A DNA stretch of 64,000 bases from contig OZ253449.1 of assembly GCA_965261345.1 (NCBI GenBank), positions 2,112,001-2,176,000 of the forward strand, read 5' to 3'. The stretch is from Chloroflexota bacterium (GTDB lineage Bacteria; Chloroflexota; UBA11872; VXNJ01). The notes beneath the pieces were generated by a model. The model saw only the letters and a program-made list of their open reading frames with translations, did not search any database and was not told the origin of the DNA. The translations under genes were made by a program, and so were the position numbers. Shown here one piece after another: positions 58,485 to 64,000 of the stretch (position 1 is the first letter of the stretch; every line of letters begins with the position of its first letter).

Positions 58485-60067
58485 GCGTCTCTGCCAGCCA
58501 ATTTCCTTGCGGTCAGGCGGCCGACAAGGAGATTCCAGATCCGGGCTGGTTCGTCTACCCGCAGCCAATGCAGCGTGGCCAGGTAAGCGATGGCGCTGGG
58601 CGGCAGCGCCAGCAGCAGCGATAACCATCCTGACGGCCCGCTTTCGACCCGCCCACCCAGCGAGAGGCCCAAGATCAAGGCCGCCGCCGCCGCGCCGGTG
58701 GCAAGCGTGACGGCACCCACGAACCTGACCGCCGCCCGACCCGGCCGGATCCGGCAGTACCCGAGGAAGAGTCCCAGCAGAACCAACCCGTGAAGCCCGT
58801 TTTGGACGGAGTTGGCCCAGACCAGCCCGTGGAATCCGAGCGCATCGACGGCAGGGAAGGCGATCGCCAAAAACACTATTGACCCCAGCACTCCAACCGC
58901 CGCCGGCAGCAGGGTATTGCGGCATGCGTAGAAGGCAAAAATCAGGAGTTGGTCAATCGCGATCAACGGCAGCGCGGCGGCGTAGATGGAAAGCGCCCGG
59001 GCGGTCGGTGCCACCGCCGCCTCGATGAACTCACCCCGGGCAAAAACTGCCCTAATCAGCGGTTCGCTGGCCAATACGAACACCATCGCGACCGGGGCGA
59101 TGCCGACCGCCAGGATTCGCGCGGCGGCCCAGAAAAGGCGTGTGAAAGCGTCGGTTCGGTTGAGTTGGGAGAGCGATTCTGGGGCGGTCCGCGCGAGTGC
59201 TGGGAGCATAGCCAACCCCACCGCGGCCACCACCGCGCCGAGGGGAAACTGCTGCAGCCGGGCGGCGAATCGCATCATCGCCAACGATCCCTCGCCGGCG
59301 CTGCTGGCAAGGCGGGTATCGACCAGGATCACTAGCTGGGTAACCAGCAACCCGGCGAGCACCGGCAGGTAAAGCACCGCGGCACGTCGCAGGTTGGGGT
59401 CGCGCCAGAGGTTGGGCCGCCGCCAGCGCCGATCGATACCCAGCAATCCAGGGAGCTGGATCAGTAGGTGCCCTCCGGCACCTAGTAGATAGCCCACCGC
59501 AACCGCAACCGCGCCTAGCAGTGGGGTCAGGGCCAGGATGGATACAATCAGCACGGCGTTGAGGGTGGAGACCGAAAAGGCCGGGCCGGCGAACTTTTGA
59601 GCTGCCAACAGGCGGGCGGTAACGACCGCTGACATTCCCAGCAAAAAGGCCGCCGGCATCGTGAATCGCAGCATTGCCGCCGCCAACGGTTTGCCGTCGC
59701 TGCCAAGATCGGGAGCGAGCAATTCGACGATCGGTTCGGCAAACAGCAGGCCCAACCCAACCAACGAGCCCAGCACCAGGGCGGTAACGGTCGTCGCATT
59801 GGCAAACAGGCGGGCGGCTGAAGGGGAGTCACCCAACCCGGCCAGCACCGGCACAAGTACTGCGGCGACCGCCCCGCCTATGGCAACTTCCAGGAAGGTA
59901 TTGGGCACGCGAGAGGCGATCTCGAAGGCATCCGCTTGGGCCGTGGCGCCAAATACCGAGGCGATTAACGGTTCGCGGGCAAATCCCAACAGGCGCGAGA
60001 GGATATTGCCGCCGGCGACCAGTCCGGCGGCGGCCAGAAGGCGCGAATAAGTGGAATCGGCTTCTAT
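58481..60067 (-). CDS. murJ: MurJ/MviN-family flippase
   Basis: ILSRLLGFARE, ADAF, RVPN, LQQFPLG, RGEF, FAFYA; the homologous first TM extends upstream of the track's TTG 59989, start tentatively ATA at 60067. Confidence 0.85.
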   Translation of the reverse strand: MEADSTYSRLLAAAGLVAGGNILSRLLGFAREPLIASVFGATAQADAFEIASRVPNTFLEVAIGGAVAAVLVPVLAGLGDSPSAARLFANATTVTALVLGSLVGLGLLFAEPIVELLAPDLGSDGKPLAAAMLRFTMPAAFLLGMSAVVTARLLAAQKFAGPAFSVSTLNAVLIVSILALTPLLGAVAVAVGYLLGAGGHLLIQLPGLLGIDRRWRRPNLWRDPNLRRAAVLYLPVLAGLLVTQLVILVDTRLASSAGEGSLAMMRFAARLQQFPLGAVVAAVGLAMLPALARTAPESLSQLNRTDAFTRLFWAAARILAVGIAPVAMVFVLASEPLIRAVFARGEFIEAAVAPTARALSIYAAALPLIAIDQLLIFAFYACRNTLLPAAVGVLGSIVFLAIAFPAVDALGFHGLVWANSVQNGLHGLVLLGLFLGYCRIRPGRAAVRFVGAVTLATGAAAAALILGLSLGGRVESGPSGWLSLLLALPPSAIAYLATLHWLRVDEPARIWNLLVGRLTARKLAGRDA

Positions 60068-60570
60068 CGGTCCGGGGATTTCGGAATTGCCAGGATGGAG
60101 GCGATCAACGCGCTAGTTGAGAGCCCAGGTGCCATTGCCAGAAACTGACAATCGGCGCCGACTGATGTGACGGCGGCGCGTTCGGGCAGCTGCCGGGCAC
60201 CGGGAACGGCCGGATCGTACTCGGCGCCCTTCACGTAAATGTCGGGGCGGATCAGATGGATCAGCTCGCTAGCGTCGTTTTCGGAAAATGGCACGAGGTG
60301 GTCGACCCACCGGATTGCAGCCAAGACCGCCAACCGGTCCGTAAGGGCTTGAATCGGACGGGGCGAACCCTTGAGTCGGGCAACGCTCTGGTCGTCATTG
60401 ACTCCCACCACCAGCAGGTCGCCCAGCATTGCACAATCTTCCAAAAACCGGGCATGCCCGCGATGGAGCAGATCAAATACGCCGTTGGTTAGGACCAGTC
60501 GAGCCGAACCCCGGTCGGCCAAGCTGGCGGCTGCGGCCAGGTCTAGGATCTGGGCTGGACGCCGGTTCAA
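60064..60570 (-). CDS. RfaE domain II / HldC-like heptose-1-phosphate adenylyltransferase
   Basis: VLTNGVFDLLHRGH, LVVGVNDDQSV..LKG..RP, PDIYVKG.EY, LSTS; start placed at TTG 60570. Confidence 0.82.
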   Translation of the reverse strand: MNRRPAQILDLAAAASLADRGSARLVLTNGVFDLLHRGHARFLEDCAMLGDLLVVGVNDDQSVARLKGSPRPIQALTDRLAVLAAIRWVDHLVPFSENDASELIHLIRPDIYVKGAEYDPAVPGARQLPERAAVTSVGADCQFLAMAPGLSTSALIASILAIPKSPDR

Positions 60571-60571
60571 T

Positions 60572-61624
60572 TCAATTGCTTGCGGCCGCAGTGACCACAT
60601 CCATTATTTGCCCACAGGTAACCGATGTCACCCCCAGTGTGGCGACCACTGCGGCCCCCGCGCAGTTGGCCAGTTCGGCGGCTTCCAGCGAAGATGCTCC
60701 AACGATCCGGGCGGTGGCAAAGACCGCCGCCACGCTGTCTCCGGCACCGGTCGAATCCGCTATCCCCCTGATCGGGACGGCCGGGATGTGGATTGCCGGA
60801 CGATCTCGCTCAAACAAGCACAATCCTTGGCCGCCCATGGTCAGGACGAGGTGTTGGCAGTCGAGCTCAGCGCGCATCGTCCCGCCGCAGGCTAGGGCGT
60901 CGGCGGGGCCGCTGAATCGCCGGTTGAGGTAGCTTTCGGCCTCTGGTTGATTGGGGGTTATCGTGCCGAATCCGCGGAAGCGCTCGAAACCGCCGTGGGA
61001 ATCGGCCAGCAGCATGATATTGGCGTTGCGGGCGCTCTTGATTCCGACCTCGACCACGCTGGGATCGACCACTCCGCCTTCGTAATCGGAAAAGATTAGC
61101 GCATCATGGTCGCCGATGGCGCGGTCGAGGCGACCGATTAGTTCCTCCAACTCGGTCGGCGCCAGTTCGCCGCCGGCCGGCACGTCCACCCGGGCGACCT
61201 GATAGTTATGCTCCTGACGATCGCCGCTGGCCCAAATCCGCAATTTGGACGGAGTTCGTTGTCCGGCGACCGCGAGAATGTCGCTCGTATCGGCGCCGCG
61301 GGCGGCGATCATTTCCACCAGCCGCTGTCCCAACTCATCTTGGCCAACGACCCCCAGGAGCGATGCCCTGGCGCCAATGGCACACAGATTCACGGTCAAA
61401 TTACCGGCCGCGCCGGGTAAAAAGAGCTCGCTCTCTTGTTCGATTATTGGTAACGGCGCCTCGCGCGAGAGCCTGGCTACGGTGCCAATTCGGTGTTCGT
61501 CGATTACCAGATCGCCGACCACCAGAACCTTGGCAGATGCGATGCGGCCCAGGATTTCGGCTGCGCGGGCAGGACTTATCGAAATTTTTCGCCTACTTTG
61601 ATGTTCGGGGGTTGGTTCACTCAA
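60572..61624 (-). CDS. RfaE domain I / HldA-like heptose-7-phosphate kinase (PfkB)
   Basis: VLVVGDLVIDE, RLSREAPLP, GAAGN, FSDY, ITPNQPEA, DSTGAGDSV, LANCAG..VV...G. Confidence 0.82.
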   Translation of the reverse strand: MSEPTPEHQSRRKISISPARAAEILGRIASAKVLVVGDLVIDEHRIGTVARLSREAPLPIIEQESELFLPGAAGNLTVNLCAIGARASLLGVVGQDELGQRLVEMIAARGADTSDILAVAGQRTPSKLRIWASGDRQEHNYQVARVDVPAGGELAPTELEELIGRLDRAIGDHDALIFSDYEGGVVDPSVVEVGIKSARNANIMLLADSHGGFERFRGFGTITPNQPEAESYLNRRFSGPADALACGGTMRAELDCQHLVLTMGGQGLCLFERDRPAIHIPAVPIRGIADSTGAGDSVAAVFATARIVGASSLEAAELANCAGAAVVATLGVTSVTCGQIMDVVTAAASN

Positions 61625-61706
61625 TTTTTGCTTTACGGCTTAGCGGTCCGGCAGCGCGGCTGATCGGGCCCGGTTGTCATGGTCGATCCCGATTGAGAAT
61701 TAAGGC

Positions 61707-62876
61707 ATGTCGCTGACCCTTTCCTCCCCGCTGGCGCCGGATCAGATCCTGCACCTGGCCGGGATCCTGATCGAGGGGAACAAACTACAGGTTGCGACCG
61801 AACTAATAGCCCTGGTTACCGATCCTTTTCCACAAAGCCTGCCGGGTCGATTGGTCGGGGCGGAGTTGGCTCTGGCCAAGGGTGAGCCAGGCGACGCTCT
61901 AGAAACTGTCCGCGATATCCTGCAGATCGATCCACTCAATCCGCGAGCGCACCTGCTGGCGATGCGGGCCGGCGACGCTCCGGATTTGCCCGAATACGAG
62001 CTGGGGCTGGCTATTTCACATTTGGCGGAATCCGATCGCGACTGCCAGGATATCCAGGCTCTGGCCAGGCAACTCGGATTGCGCCCCAAACGCTCGCTGG
62101 CGGCGGCGGGATTTATGTACCTGGCCCATGGCCGCCTACTGCTGGCCGAACGCTATCTGCAGGCGGCCATGCGGGTCTGGAACCGGCCGCAACTGGCATT
62201 GGCGATCGCCCAGATCCAGCTGGAAACGTTTCGCATGAATGGCGCATTGGAAACTTGCCGGGACCTTGGTGCGCACTTCCCGACCTGCCTTCCGGCCGAC
62301 CTGATCGCCGCCCAGGCCAATGCCGAACTGGGGATGCTGGATAAGGCCCGGTCCCTGCTTGACCGCACGTCCCGCCTAGACCCCGGATTTGAGCGCGCCC
62401 GACAGATTTATGCCCGCCTTCCGGTTTCGCGGATCGAACCGCCGCCCCCGCCACTCCTGGTAGTGCCGGAGATTCTGCTAAACAGCGTCCGGCGAATCCT
62501 CGAGCCGGACGAACGCCGGGTTGAGCTGGCCTCGCCACCGCCGGAGCCGAGCGCAGAATTTGTTCCGCCCAGTGAACGCTTTCTGCCCTTGGCGCCCGCC
62601 GCAAACAATGACGGCAATGTGAACCCGGACGCTGCGGACGATCAAATGCCCAAGCCCGCCTCGCTTCCGGCGTTGATCGCCGAGGGGGATTGGACCAAGG
62701 TATGGAGCGTGCTTGAATACACTCATGATCTCGTCGATGACCAATTGTTGGCGGCGGTACCCGCCGAACGGCTGCAGCGGCTTGGCGACGAACTTACCCG
62801 CCTGGGGCGCTCCGATCTGGCCGAGGCTGCCTATCGTCGCGGCCAGGCGGCCGCATCCGATTTGCCTAATACCTAA
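61707..62876 (+). CDS. Tetratricopeptide-repeat-like protein
   Basis: Helical repeats (LQIDPLNPRAHL, LDPGFERAR, AEAAYRR) and a Pro-rich linker. Confidence 0.55.
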   Translation: MSLTLSSPLAPDQILHLAGILIEGNKLQVATELIALVTDPFPQSLPGRLVGAELALAKGEPGDALETVRDILQIDPLNPRAHLLAMRAGDAPDLPEYELGLAISHLAESDRDCQDIQALARQLGLRPKRSLAAAGFMYLAHGRLLLAERYLQAAMRVWNRPQLALAIAQIQLETFRMNGALETCRDLGAHFPTCLPADLIAAQANAELGMLDKARSLLDRTSRLDPGFERARQIYARLPVSRIEPPPPPLLVVPEILLNSVRRILEPDERRVELASPPPEPSAEFVPPSERFLPLAPAANNDGNVNPDAADDQMPKPASLPALIAEGDWTKVWSVLEYTHDLVDDQLLAAVPAERLQRLGDELTRLGRSDLAEAAYRRGQAAASDLPNT

Positions 62877-62947
62877 GGTCCAGGCCTGGCCGGTAGGCCA
62901 ACGGGGAAAATCAATTGTTCGATTTCAGCCCCCAGCCACCGAGGAAA

Positions 62948-63421
62948 TTGCCCTTGCTCGAACAGACTTTCGTGTTGCTCAAACCAGATGCTTTACAGCG
63001 ATCGCTGGGAGGCGAGATCATCGCCCGTTTCGACCGCCGCGGCTACCGGTTGGTCGCGCTCAAGATGACCCGGCCGCAGAAAGCCCAGGCCGAGTCCCAC
63101 TACGCCGAACACGAGGGCAAATTCTTCTACAGCGGGCTGGTTGACCACCTTACATCGGGGCCGGCTATAGCGATGGTCCTGGAGGGTCCGTCGGCGGTGG
63201 CCTCGGTTCGGAAAATTGTCGGTGCGACCCGGCCGCCAGAGGCGGATGCCGGAACGATTCGTGGCGATTTCGGACAGTCGCCGCTACGCAACCTGGTGCA
63301 TGCGGCTGATTCGGTTGAAAATGCCGCACGCGAAGCGGCGATCTATTTTTCTCCGGCCGAATTGCTTGAATTTGAGCGCGCCGCAGACAACTGGATATTT
63401 GAACCGGCCGATATGGCCTAA
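62948..63421 (+). CDS. ndk: Nucleoside diphosphate kinase
   Basis: EQTFVLLKPD, HYAEH.GK.F, SGP, GTIRGDF, NLVHAADS; TTG 62948 after GAGGA. Confidence 0.95.
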   Translation: MPLLEQTFVLLKPDALQRSLGGEIIARFDRRGYRLVALKMTRPQKAQAESHYAEHEGKFFYSGLVDHLTSGPAIAMVLEGPSAVASVRKIVGATRPPEADAGTIRGDFGQSPLRNLVHAADSVENAAREAAIYFSPAELLEFERAADNWIFEPADMA

Positions 63422-64000
63422 GTGTTTCCGCCCGACTGCCGGCGGATGACGTTCAGGGCCGATCCGGCCCAGAGCCAGGCGATCTGTTCGTCGTTTAGGG
63501 TTTGGAGCAGCTCGATCTGTTCAGAGGCGCCATCGGGGTGACGAACGCTGGCCAAGACCGGTTGGCCGGGCTTTATCTCCCCCGGGTCAACGATCGTTAT
63601 CTGGTCGCGGCGGCCGATTAGCTCGTAGTCGGCGGGATCGGCGAAGGTGAGCGCCAGGACACCCTGTTTTTTGAGGTTGGACTCGTGGATGCGGGCAAAC
63701 GAACGACAAATTACCACCGCAGCCCCGAGCAGTCGCGGTGACATCGCGGCATGCTCGCGCGACGACCCCTCACCGTAATTTTGATCGCCGATGGCCACCC
63801 AGGTATTTCCAGCGGCGGCGAGCTCGCGGGCAATTTCCGGCAGCGACTGGTCAACTTGCCCGGTAAGTTGATTGAATCCGACCCCCGGCTTTGACCCGAA
63901 GGCATTGTTGGCGCCAATGAACATGTTGTCGGAAATATTGTTCAAATGGCCGCGGAAGCGGAGCCACGGGCCGGCGGCCGAAATGTGGTCGGTGGTGCAT
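63418..64000 (-). CDS. Aconitate hydratase, C-terminal swivel domain; 5' part outside window
   Basis: TTDHISAAGPWL, NYGEGSSREHAA, SFARIHESNLKKQG, AGSALN. Confidence 0.9.
   Translation of the reverse strand, partial: CTTDHISAAGPWLRFRGHLNNISDNMFIGANNAFGSKPGVGFNQLTGQVDQSLPEIARELAAAGNTWVAIGDQNYGEGSSREHAAMSPRLLGAAVVICRSFARIHESNLKKQGVLALTFADPADYELIGRRDQITIVDPGEIKPGQPVLASVRHPDGASEQIELLQTLNDEQIAWLWAGSALNVIRRQSGGNT

Overview
High-GC bacterial chromosome segment, probably Chloroflexota. This is an inference from the split gcvPA/PB, dapL, caa3-type CtaG and the style of the Tat-exported solute-binding lipoprotein. Housekeeping blocks are gcvT-H-PA-PB-dinB, fchA-folD, miaA-dapF-dapL-hflX, nusA-infB-rbfA-truB-ribF, secE-nusG-rplK-rplA-rplJ-rplL, cysK, ndk and aconitase, plus four tRNAs (Thr-CGT, Ser-TGA, Ser-GCT, Thr-GGT). 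Catabolic clusters lie between them. The strongest unexplained signal is an intact XerC/D-like tyrosine recombinase with a 28-bp Bacillus-like dif-type site abutting its own ATG (13303-13330). A second related site in the same orientation (26889-26918) lies 13.6 kb away, just upstream of nusA, so the two sites bracket a block of mainly catabolic genes. Other notable items: a FolD lacking cyclohydrolase residues paired with FchA; an enolase with two active-site substitutions coupled to an MtnK/APH-like kinase; apparent CTG and ATA start codons for hflX and murJ; a CDS running into a tRNA; a sugar-catabolic block in place of tuf-rpmG-tRNA-Trp; a tandem SDR duplication; and heptose-activation genes coupled to a MurJ-type flippase. 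All calls are by eye from motifs; no database searches were run.
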